Under the pieces are notes generated by a model. It was not told the origin of the DNA. It made no database searches and saw nothing but the letters and a program-made list of their open reading frames with translations. 64,000 nucleotides of DNA from Parcubacteria group bacterium. Its GTDB lineage: Bacteria > Patescibacteriota > Minisyncoccia > Moranbacterales > UBA11712. Shown one piece after another: positions 1 to 8,640 of the stretch. The stretch covers positions 6,348 to 70,347 of the forward strand of contig JBAZXV010000007.1 of NCBI GenBank assembly GCA_041659685.1, read 5' to 3'. A program made the translations under genes and the position numbers. The number at the start of each line of letters is the position of its first letter. The first letter of the stretch is position 1.

Positions 1-143
1 AAAGACATGCTGGACGTCGTTTTAAGAGAGGAAATAAATAGCGGCTTCATAGATGAGCTCCTGAAAAAATATGATAAATTTGGCAACTCATTCTATCCGG
101 TCGCTCCGCCCTACACCGCTCTTCAGTAATTAAGCTTCGAACG

Positions 144-812
144 ATGCTGCTAAATATTTTCAAGGACTATCATGGCGCCATTATCCAGGGGCTTGGTACA
201 ACTCTCGTTATCTCGGGTTGTGCCTGGTTTATCGGGATCACAGGTGGAGTGATTTTTGGATATTTCGCGCAAAAAAGCGAATCTTTTTCCAAAGTTCTGT
301 CTGTGAGTTCGTTTCTGCTGATGAGTATCCCTGTTTTGGTTTTGCTATTTTGGCTCCATTATCCGGCGCAAGCGATTATGGGAATCGTCATAAATCCCTT
401 AATTACAACAATTGTAACATTATCAATCGTGAATATCGTGCTTACTGGAGAAATCATAAAAAAAACTTTGGATGATTTCCCGTTTCAATATGTTTCCGTC
501 GCCAGAGTTTGCGGAATTCCGGAGAAAAAAATATTTTTGAAAATCAAACTTCCAATTATTTTCAGACAAGTTCTGCCAAGCATTATTGTCCTGCAAATTT
601 CAATAATGCAAATGTCTTTGTTTGGAAGTTTAATTTCAGTAGAAGAGATATTCCGAATTGCGCAACAAATAAATTCACAGATTTATAGGCCGGTGGAAAT
701 ATATACGGCGTTGGCGCTTCTCTTTGTTGCAGTTGCTTTACCATTAAATATCCTCGCTCATTATCTTCGCGGGAAATATACAAGGAACTTGTCCGAAGAA
801 AAAAATGATTGA
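144..812 (+). CDS. ABC transporter permease, polar amino-acid type (HisM/GlnP-like)
   Basis: 222 aa, multi-TM; the EEIFRIAQQ-type conserved permease loop; translationally coupled to the downstream ABC ATPase (8-nt overlap). Confidence 0.75.
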   Translation: MLLNIFKDYHGAIIQGLGTTLVISGCAWFIGITGGVIFGYFAQKSESFSKVLSVSSFLLMSIPVLVLLFWLHYPAQAIMGIVINPLITTIVTLSIVNIVLTGEIIKKTLDDFPFQYVSVARVCGIPEKKIFLKIKLPIIFRQVLPSIIVLQISIMQMSLFGSLISVEEIFRIAQQINSQIYRPVEIYTALALLFVAVALPLNILAHYLRGKYTRNLSEEKND

Positions 813-1527
813 ACTAAAAAATATATCGCAAAAATTAAATGACAGAGATATTCTGAATGATATTAATTTGAACTTGAAGACTGGGGAAGTGCTTTCACTG
901 ATAGGTCCGAGTGGCGGCGGCAAAACGACTCTGCTGAAGATATGCGCGCTGCTCGACGCGCCAGCCGGCGGCGATGTTGTCATTGATGGAAAGGACTGTG
1001 TAAAAAATGGAAAATTAGTCGTTGATCCTCACTTAGTTTGGCCCAAAATCACCCTCATTTTTCAGCATTTGTATTTATGGCCGCATTTGACTGCCAGGGA
1101 AAATATCGTATTGCCCCATGGCGATTTTATCGAACAAGAAAAAAGATTAAGCGAATTGTCTGAATTATTCGACCTAGCTTCCCATATGAATAAATATCCC
1201 AATGAACTGTCGGCCGGTCAAAAACAGCGAGTCGCCATTTTGAGGGCGCTCCTCCTGAATCCAAAATATATACTCATGGATGAAATAACCGCGTCTCTTG
1301 ATGTGGAGCAGGCATACAATATCTTGGAAATCGTAGCTGAATTGAAAAATGAGCACGTCGGAATCATTATGGTGACCCACCATTTGGAATTTGCCAAATG
1401 CGTAAGTGACAGAATAGCTTTTTTGGAAAAAGGACATCTTGTGGACATAGGCGGAAAAGAAATGATAGATAATCCCAAAAACGAAAGAGTTGCTGTCTTT
1501 GTAAATAAATTAAAAACGATCAAATAA
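805..1527 (+). CDS. ABC transporter ATP-binding protein (amino-acid type)
   Basis: Walker A GPSGGGKTT, ABC signature LSAGQKQRVAILRAL, Walker B ILMDEITASLD. Confidence 0.9.
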   Translation: MIELKNISQKLNDRDILNDINLNLKTGEVLSLIGPSGGGKTTLLKICALLDAPAGGDVVIDGKDCVKNGKLVVDPHLVWPKITLIFQHLYLWPHLTARENIVLPHGDFIEQEKRLSELSELFDLASHMNKYPNELSAGQKQRVAILRALLLNPKYILMDEITASLDVEQAYNILEIVAELKNEHVGIIMVTHHLEFAKCVSDRIAFLEKGHLVDIGGKEMIDNPKNERVAVFVNKLKTIK

Positions 1528-1583
1528 ATCATTATTAATATCAAGGCTTTATTGCTTTAAAATCAAGCAGACAGTTTATGTCC

Positions 1584-1611
1584 TTGACAATCGTATATAA
1601 TCGTATATAAT
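1584..1611 (+). promoter_or_regulatory. near-consensus sigma70-like promoter (TTGACA-16-TATAAT) inside a tandem aatcgtatat repeat, upstream of the fic gene
   Basis: TTGACA at 1584-1589, TATAAT at 1606-1611, 32 nt before the ATG at 1643. Confidence 0.5.
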
Positions 1612-1642
1612 TGGATATAGTTAAATATATACGATAAAAAAT

Positions 1643-2695
1643 ATGGAAAATAGGTTCGAAAAAAGAGTAAAATTAAGCAAAGAAATACTTCAAAAAATAA
1701 GTCGCATAGACGAGTTCAAGGGCCTGTGGAAAGGCAGCTTGAGATTGAGTCCCCAAACGCTGGGACGGCTCAAGAGAAGCGTTCTCATAACCTCGACGGG
1801 GGCTTCCACCCGCATCGAGGGCTCAAAGATGTCCGACGACGAAGTAGCCAGGCTCATTCAGGGGCTCAAGTCAACGCCGCCCAAGGGAAGGGACGCTCAA
1901 GAAGTTGCGGGATATGCCGACCTGCTGGGAAGGATTTTTGATAATTGGAAAACTCTCAAAATAACCGAGGGTCAGATTTTGCATTTTCACAAAATCCTTC
2001 TCAACTTTTCGGAAAAGGACAAAGCTCACGAGGGCAAATACAAAACATCGGACAACAAGGTGGTTATGCGAAAAGAGGACGGCGAAGAAATTGTCATCTT
2101 CAATCCCACGCCGCCATATCTCACCAAAAAGGAAATGGATGACGCGTTGCATTGGCTGAACGAGGAAATGGAAAAGAAAGAAACGCACCCGCTCATTCTC
2201 ATCGCCAATTTCATCTTCGAGTTTTTGGCTATTCATCCGTTCCGCGATGGAAACGGAAGGCTCTCAAGAGCGTTGACTACATTATTGCTTCTCAAGGCTG
2301 GTTATACCTATGTGCCGTATGTTTCATTGGACGAAATAATTGAAGAGAAAAAAATTGACTATTATTTGGCTCTTCGAAAAACCCAGTCCAAGCACAAGAC
2401 GAAAAACGAAGACATCACGTCCTGGCTCAATTTCCTGCTGGATGCCCTTATCGAACAAATCAGAAGGGCGAACGAAATTATGGAAGAAGACCAGCCCGAA
2501 AAACTTCTTTCAGAAAAACAGCTGGCGATTTATCAGTTGTTTCAAGCCGATACATTGAGCGTTTCGGAAATCGACAAACTTCTCAAAAATTCAATTCCTT
2601 TGGCTACGATAAAACAGGCACTGTCCCGCTTGGTTGATTTGAAGTTGATTGAAAGAGTAGGGATGGGAAGGGGAGCGAGATACAAGAAACTGTAG
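1643..2695 (+). CDS. Fic/DOC family protein with C-terminal winged-helix domain
   Basis: Canonical Fic motif HPFRDGNGRLSRAL (HxFx(D/E)GNGRxxR); 350 aa. Confidence 0.85.
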   Translation: MENRFEKRVKLSKEILQKISRIDEFKGLWKGSLRLSPQTLGRLKRSVLITSTGASTRIEGSKMSDDEVARLIQGLKSTPPKGRDAQEVAGYADLLGRIFDNWKTLKITEGQILHFHKILLNFSEKDKAHEGKYKTSDNKVVMRKEDGEEIVIFNPTPPYLTKKEMDDALHWLNEEMEKKETHPLILIANFIFEFLAIHPFRDGNGRLSRALTTLLLLKAGYTYVPYVSLDEIIEEKKIDYYLALRKTQSKHKTKNEDITSWLNFLLDALIEQIRRANEIMEEDQPEKLLSEKQLAIYQLFQADTLSVSEIDKLLKNSIPLATIKQALSRLVDLKLIERVGMGRGARYKKL

Positions 2696-2717
2696 GTAGT
2701 TTTTTCTGCTATCAAAA

Positions 2718-2750
2718 AACAAGAGAGTATAATACTCTCTTGTTTTGTTT
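2718..2750. terminator. bidirectional rho-independent terminator between convergent fic and kinase genes
   Basis: Perfect palindrome aacaagagagtat-a-atactctcttgtt followed by TTTGTTT, with an A-run on the other side. Confidence 0.6.
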
Positions 2751-2942
2751 ACTAAACCGGAACAGACCGAATTTTCTCCTTTTGGATTGCGGGCTGTAAT
2801 CAGTCGCTCGTAGTGAGGCGGGGGCAGCTTTATCGTGAAGGAAAAAGGTATTGTTTTTTCAAAACTATCGCTTGCAGAATGTCTGATTGTGTTCGCTCCG
2901 TGCCGACTTTTAGCGACATAGGGCATTAATTTATTGATTTGA

Positions 2943-3899
2943 TTATATCCTGTGCTCCAGGATCTTTCTGATAAAATGATCTTTCAATTCTTCGCCAGTT
3001 CCCGCGCACAATTGAATTGTGCCTTTTTGGAGCTTGTGCGTCAATTTTCTCGTTAGCATTTTAAAATATATGAACAATTCTATCATTTTGAACTCCCTAT
3101 GCAACTTTTCCGAATCCCCGCTGTATTTTTCCAAATAGGATTTTATCAGATTGTTATGCCACTCAGTCACGCCATATTGATCCGTGAGGGTGCTGACGTG
3201 GGCGAACTCAAATGCGATGGGGGCGATCAGGGATCTGTCCCAGTCGATCAGCGCCTTAATTTTGTTTTCAGAAACAAGGACATTTTTGAAATTTACGTCT
3301 CCGTGCAGAAAACAATGCGGAGAATAATTCTTGAAATATTCATATATTTCCGGCAAGTCGTTGAAGCGCTCTTCCAGTTTTTCAAAAATATTATCAGACT
3401 CCAAAGTACTCTTTATTCTTTTGTGGTATGCAGAGAAGTATTCATAAAGGTCTCTTTTTCCGTTCGGAAACATATCGGAAAAATTTTTCTGTTTGAGGCT
3501 GTGAAGATTGATTAAAAAACCGGAGAGTTCGTTCAGGTTAAATTCACTGCCCGCTACCGCATTGAATTCCTCGGGTTCCAAGATTTCTCCTTCAATGAAT
3601 TCCAAAAAAGTTACATAACCCGGAAAACCGGGGCAAGAATTCAGGCATTTCACGAGTTTCGGGGATTTATCCGGCCCAAGAATATCATTTGCCGTTCTAA
3701 TGGCGGTTTTTTCTTTGAGTCCCTTCCCTCTCTTGAGATCCCATTCGTCAAATCCGATCTTTGCCACAAGTTTTCTGCCGCTTTTAAAATTTATTTTATA
3801 AGCGACGGTCGTTAAAGCGAGCGGAAAAACCGAAAGCTTTTCCAGAATTTCATCCGGGAATTCTTTTTTGATTAGTTTTTTTAACTCGGCTTGGAACAT
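2943..3899 (-). CDS. phosphotransferase-family kinase (aminoglycoside/choline-kinase-like APH fold)
   Basis: Catalytic HGDVNFKNVLV and DWDRS motifs typical of APH/ChoK-like kinases. Confidence 0.7.
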   Translation of the reverse strand: MFQAELKKLIKKEFPDEILEKLSVFPLALTTVAYKINFKSGRKLVAKIGFDEWDLKRGKGLKEKTAIRTANDILGPDKSPKLVKCLNSCPGFPGYVTFLEFIEGEILEPEEFNAVAGSEFNLNELSGFLINLHSLKQKNFSDMFPNGKRDLYEYFSAYHKRIKSTLESDNIFEKLEERFNDLPEIYEYFKNYSPHCFLHGDVNFKNVLVSENKIKALIDWDRSLIAPIAFEFAHVSTLTDQYGVTEWHNNLIKSYLEKYSGDSEKLHREFKMIELFIYFKMLTRKLTHKLQKGTIQLCAGTGEELKDHFIRKILEHRI

Positions 3900-4193
3900 A
3901 ATGAATTATAAATTTATCCAGTTTGTCGTTTCATGTTGACGGTTTCGGGTTTTTTTAACTCAACACCGAAAATATCTGCGAAGAAAATTGTATTAGCGCT
4001 CTAAATCGATCTTTGATTATATATCGATTCTGGAAATAATTTTCCCGAACTATTAATATAATTAAGCAGATTTATATATTTTTAGCCAGTTAATCAGATT
4101 CCGGAATTAAATTTTTCCGGTAAGGATTATTTTTTTGAAAGGGCGGACCATTGATCCGCCCTGACTATTATCTCTCTCGTACTCAATTCCGAT

Positions 4194-5111
4194 TTAGTTT
4201 CCGGGAACAATCAAATCAAACTTTTCTTTTTTGCCATATGCCTTTGGCCCGTAGTCTCGGCAGTAGGCTTCAATATTTTTTTTGAAATAAGGCGGCTTAG
4301 ACTCCTGAATTTTTCCGACAAGATAATAAGTAAGGCAAAGCATAAGACCAAAACTCGCTGAAGTTGGAAGGGCTATATTCCATCGGTGTTTGGGGTGTCC
4401 GAAATATTTGTTTTTTATTCCGATGCCTATAACCAATTCTTTTTCCGACGGGACGACGAATTTGGCATGCCGGGCGTGCCCTTCCGGGAAAGCTCTCAGC
4501 GACAGATGCGATCCAAAGAGCTCGCTTTTTTTGATATCGAGCATTGGGCAGATATTCCCAAATCGATCCGGCAAAACGAAAGTGTAGCTTTGATAAGCGG
4601 AAAAATTTTTCGGAAGCCTCAGTCTTTTTATGAAACTTTTTATTTTCTTTGGATTTTCTCCAGTCGCGGAAAGTATCATTCCAAGGTAAGTTGATACATT
4701 ATATGTATATGGTTCAGCGATTTTACGATAGGCGAATGCCTTGTCTGCGATCTTGGCGGCGGACGATTCGGCGCTGCAAGTCAGAAGCGTGGTTTTCAGT
4801 CTGTACTTTTTAGCAAGCTCTGCTTCCCAGACAGAATCTTTTTCTCCCGAGGCGGAGATGACGATTGCGTCTTTGATCAGCCTTTTTTTGATAATCGGAT
4901 GATAGGAATTAATAATATTTTTGAAATTGCTTTCGTCGGCAAAAATGGCGGCCTTATCAGAAAACAAAATGAGTCCGGTATTATATGCATTGCCGCTGCC
5001 GATCACGAACGGGAGGCTGAATTTTTTCAGATCGAGTCTTGGCGGCTTGTTCTCGGAAAAAAAGTCCAAGGCTTTTACTGTGCTCTCGTTAAGACTGTCG
5101 ATTTTAATCAT
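4194..5111 (-). CDS. SIS-domain protein, possible bifunctional phosphoglucose/phosphomannose isomerase
   Basis: VISASGEKDS...LKTTLLTCSAESSAAKIADKA matches the SIS sugar-isomerase pattern; sits beside GDP-mannose genes; assignment is inferential. Confidence 0.4.
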   Translation of the reverse strand: MIKIDSLNESTVKALDFFSENKPPRLDLKKFSLPFVIGSGNAYNTGLILFSDKAAIFADESNFKNIINSYHPIIKKRLIKDAIVISASGEKDSVWEAELAKKYRLKTTLLTCSAESSAAKIADKAFAYRKIAEPYTYNVSTYLGMILSATGENPKKIKSFIKRLRLPKNFSAYQSYTFVLPDRFGNICPMLDIKKSELFGSHLSLRAFPEGHARHAKFVVPSEKELVIGIGIKNKYFGHPKHRWNIALPTSASFGLMLCLTYYLVGKIQESKPPYFKKNIEAYCRDYGPKAYGKKEKFDLIVPGN

Positions 5112-5551
5112 GAAGATGTTTTAAGGTTTATGCTTTAATTGTAATATAGAAAACGGATTTTTCCAAAGTTGGGCAATTTTATTTTCCAGGAATTTGGCTG
5201 GCGGAGGCTGATATTTTGGATTGCCTGGCGCGGGTATTCAGCTTAAAAACAATAGGGGGTCCGAAACGGCCATTGCAAATGTAGCGATTGTTGCGGCCTC
5301 TCCTGATGCTTTTCGCCGCATGATAAGAAAATTATTTTCGCCGATTAATCAGGCTCCGGACGAAGCAGTCAATAATCGCGTTTCGGACAGGTGTGATTTT
5401 CCGACAAGGATCAGGGCGGGCTTTTTCCTGGCTAGGCGCCAAACGCAGATATTCCCGCTGAAGACAGGACTGCGTCCAGGGGAATTTACGAGAAATCAAA
5501 AAATATGCATTCGTAATTTATGGCTTATAAATAGGATAATAATACATGGGG

Positions 5552-5579
5552 TTGACACCTGTTTTTCATGCGTTATCAT
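5552..5579 (+). promoter_or_regulatory. sigma70-like promoter (TTGACA-16-TATCAT) for the RHH-nucleotidyltransferase gene
   Basis: TTGACA at 5552-5557 and TATCAT at 5574-5579, about 50 nt upstream of the ATG at 5632. Confidence 0.45.
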
Positions 5580-5631
5580 AAGGTAGTGATTCGTATGATG
5601 ATATCATAATTTTAATTTTTAAATAAAAAAA

Positions 5632-6462
5632 ATGCTTCGCCAAAGGCTAACGATAACGCTGGACGATCAACTCTTGTCAAAAATAGACAAACGGGTTGAC
5701 GGGCATAAAATCCGGAATCGGTCCCATGCCATCGAATCGATTCTGAATGAAAAACTTCAAAGCAAGATTCTCAAAAAAGCAATTGTGCTTGGCGGCGGGA
5801 AGGGAATTGAATTCGAAGGCAAGACGATTTCCAAACTGCTCCTTCCCATAAACGGTAAATCGCTTATTGAAAAAAACATCGAAATTTTGAAAGAGCACGG
5901 AATCACTGATTTGATTTTATCTTTAGGGGGGCTGGGCGATCAGATACGGGAAAAACTTGGAGACGGATCCAAATATGGCATAAAAGTATTATATTTTGAA
6001 CGGGATCGGGGCACGGCGGGCGTTTTGAGGCAGGCCAAAAGCATTTTGGATGAGACGTTTTTAATGATGAACGGCGACATATACCTTGAGAATATTGATC
6101 TTTTGGATATGTATGATTTTCACAAAAATCGCAAAGCTAAATCAACAATTTTATTGACTACCATAGACGATCCTTCTCTTTTTGGTTCAGTATTGCTAAA
6201 GGGTGATATCATTAAAAAGTTTTCCGAAAAACCGCGTCCGCAGGAATCTTATTCTCACTTAATTAACGGCGGAGTCTATCTTTTTGAGCCCGAAGTTTGC
6301 TCCATGGTTTCCCCGGAAACCATTTCTCTCGAAGGCGATATCTTTCCAAAGCTGGCTGAAGATCATAAGCTTTACGGATATTTCCTTGATAACCGATGGA
6401 TCCATCTTCACAACAAGGAAAAGTACTCCGAATATATTAATTTGATAAGGGAACAAAAATAA
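5632..6462 (+). CDS. ribbon-helix-helix (CopG-like) domain fused to a sugar-phosphate nucleotidyltransferase fold with a degenerate catalytic motif
   Basis: N-terminal RLTITLDDQLLSKIDKRV...RSHAIESILNE (RHH); then LGGGKGIEFEGK where GxGTRL is expected (TRL lost); NTP_transferase-like remainder. Confidence 0.65.
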   Translation: MLRQRLTITLDDQLLSKIDKRVDGHKIRNRSHAIESILNEKLQSKILKKAIVLGGGKGIEFEGKTISKLLLPINGKSLIEKNIEILKEHGITDLILSLGGLGDQIREKLGDGSKYGIKVLYFERDRGTAGVLRQAKSILDETFLMMNGDIYLENIDLLDMYDFHKNRKAKSTILLTTIDDPSLFGSVLLKGDIIKKFSEKPRPQESYSHLINGGVYLFEPEVCSMVSPETISLEGDIFPKLAEDHKLYGYFLDNRWIHLHNKEKYSEYINLIREQK

Positions 6463-7535
6463 TGAAGTGTGTTATCATGGCAGGCGGAAAAGGGACGAGG
6501 CTTTGGCCGATCAGCCGCAAAGAAAGGCCAAAACAATTCCAGTGTCTCTTTTCGGAAAAAACAATGCTGCAGGAAACATTTTTGCGGCTTCGCAAGAAAT
6601 TCGATCTTAAAGATATTTATGTTTCAACCAACGAAGAATATGTCAGTGAAGTAGAGAGGGAGGTTCTTGAACTGCCCAAGGGAAATATTATAGGGGAGCC
6701 GGCATCCCGCGGGTCGGCGGCAAGCATTGCCTTAACAGCGGCTGTTTTATCCAAGCGTGATGGTGACGAATCGGTGGCATTTTTCCCCGCGGATCACTAT
6801 ATCAAAAACCCAGAGGTGCTGATCGATGCCTTAGGCGCGGCAGATCGATTCCTGGAAAAAAATCCGGACAGCATAATGACTTTTGCGATTAACCCGACTT
6901 CCCCCGAAACGGGCTTTGGCTACATAGAAAAAGGAGATATATTGGAAAAGGAGAATGAATTTGAGGTATTTAAAACCAAAAGGTTCGTGGAAAAACCGGA
7001 TATGGCGACGGCGCAGAAATATCTTGATTCCGGAAATTTTTTCTGGAGCAGCGGTATGTATGTGATGAAAATGAAATCGGTAATCAAGAAATTTGAAAAA
7101 TACATTCCCGATACCTATAACAGGCTGATAAGCATAAAAGAATCGGTAGACACTGAAAAATATCAAGATGTCCTGCTGGAAGAATATCCGGAAATGGACA
7201 AGATAGATTTCGCGTTCAGTATTGTGGAGAACGACGATCAGGTGGTGGTGATGCCCCTCGCGCTTGAGTGGAGCGACGTGGGCTCCTGGGCATCTCTCAA
7301 GGACACGCTGATCAAAAACGGAAGCGACCATTTTGTGAAAGGGGAACATATTGATTTTGAAAGCGAAAACCTGCTGGTTTACGGCGCAAAAAAACTTATT
7401 ACTACCATTGGTGTTAAGGATCTGATTATCGTGGACGGGGAAGATTCAATATTGATTTGTGACCGCAACAAAGCGCGCCTTGTTTCCGACGTGGTAAAAA
7501 AACTTGAAGAATCTGGAAAAATTTCTCTGTTGTAA
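6462..7535 (+). CDS. manC: mannose-1-phosphate guanylyltransferase (GDP-mannose pyrophosphorylase)
   Basis: MAGGKGTRLWPISRKERPKQF N-terminal signature; 357 aa; ATGA overlap with the upstream gene. Confidence 0.85.
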   Translation: MKCVIMAGGKGTRLWPISRKERPKQFQCLFSEKTMLQETFLRLRKKFDLKDIYVSTNEEYVSEVEREVLELPKGNIIGEPASRGSAASIALTAAVLSKRDGDESVAFFPADHYIKNPEVLIDALGAADRFLEKNPDSIMTFAINPTSPETGFGYIEKGDILEKENEFEVFKTKRFVEKPDMATAQKYLDSGNFFWSSGMYVMKMKSVIKKFEKYIPDTYNRLISIKESVDTEKYQDVLLEEYPEMDKIDFAFSIVENDDQVVVMPLALEWSDVGSWASLKDTLIKNGSDHFVKGEHIDFESENLLVYGAKKLITTIGVKDLIIVDGEDSILICDRNKARLVSDVVKKLEESGKISLL

Positions 7536-7553
7536 ATATTCATATTTAAAATA

Positions 7554-8558
7554 ATGGAAAAACCAAAAGTATTAGTAACTGGCGGAGCCGGTTTTATCGG
7601 ATCGAATTTCAGCAATATCAACAAAGATAAATACGACATTGTTGTTCTCGATAATTTATTGATGGGCGATCCGGATAATATAGAGGATAAGGAAAAGATA
7701 AAATATATTAAGGGCGATGCGTGCGAGATCGAAGATCTTCAAAAATGCGGAAACAGTTTTGATTACGTCATACATCTTGCCGGCACCTCGACAGCCCCCC
7801 TTTTTATGGACAAAGGTTTCGTTGACGGCTATGTGAATTCGGTAAAGAGTTTCGTGCGGGCCCTGGAGTATGCCCGCGAGTCGGGAGCGAAAAAATTTCT
7901 TTACGCCTCGACTTCATCGCTTTATGGAAATAATCCGGTTCCGCTGACTGAAGATCAGCATGTGGTTCCGCCCAATCATTATTCTGTCACGAAACAGCTT
8001 TATGAAAATTGTTCGGCTTGCTACCAAAAGGTGTATTCGGAAATGGACATAATCGGCTTTCGTTTTATGTCTGTGTATGGACCAAACGAGGAGGCGAAGG
8101 GGCCTTTTGCGAACATTATCTCTCAGTTTATTTGGGATATTGTCCGAGGCCGTTCGCCGATAATTTATGGTGACGGATCGCAATACCGGGATTTTACCAA
8201 TGTTCGCGATGTTGTGCAGGGTTTGACACTTGCCATTGAAACGAAAGAGCCTCTGGGGAATGAAGTCTTTAATATCGGGACGGGAGAGTATGCTTCGCTC
8301 AAAGAGATAGCAGAAATGATTAACATCGAAGCGCGAAAGCATGGTATCGAAAAACTGGAACCGGAACATATTCCAAATCCTGTAAAGGAAGGTTATGTAA
8401 AATCACAATGCGCGGATATTTCCAAGATCAGCCGGCGGTTGGGATATAATCCCAACGTGAAGCTGAAAGAAGGAATTTCAGAACAAGTGGCCAATGTGAA
8501 GAAAGATAAAATTCGAAAAACAAGTTCGGATCTTCTTCGAGAAAAAAAAGGTTCTTAA
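7554..8558 (+). CDS. NAD-dependent epimerase/dehydratase family protein
   Basis: Rossmann VTGGAGFIGSNF; catalytic S..YxxxK (STSSLYG ... HYSVTKQLYE). Confidence 0.85.
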   Translation: MEKPKVLVTGGAGFIGSNFSNINKDKYDIVVLDNLLMGDPDNIEDKEKIKYIKGDACEIEDLQKCGNSFDYVIHLAGTSTAPLFMDKGFVDGYVNSVKSFVRALEYARESGAKKFLYASTSSLYGNNPVPLTEDQHVVPPNHYSVTKQLYENCSACYQKVYSEMDIIGFRFMSVYGPNEEAKGPFANIISQFIWDIVRGRSPIIYGDGSQYRDFTNVRDVVQGLTLAIETKEPLGNEVFNIGTGEYASLKEIAEMINIEARKHGIEKLEPEHIPNPVKEGYVKSQCADISKISRRLGYNPNVKLKEGISEQVANVKKDKIRKTSSDLLREKKGS

Positions 8559-8640
8559 GGCTTTGAAAATAAAATTTGCTGGTGCAAATTTAATCACTGA
8601 GAAATCAGGGTGAAAATAAGTATTAATTAATAAAAAAATC

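Noticed and set aside
3099-3515. 138-aa plus-strand ORF inside the kinase gene
   Set aside because: It is antisense to a well-supported APH-fold gene and has no motifs or RBS.
5221-5586. 121-aa ORF in the long divergent spacer
   Set aside because: It starts with TTG, has no RBS and has no detectable motif, so it is kept only as part of an unexplained region.
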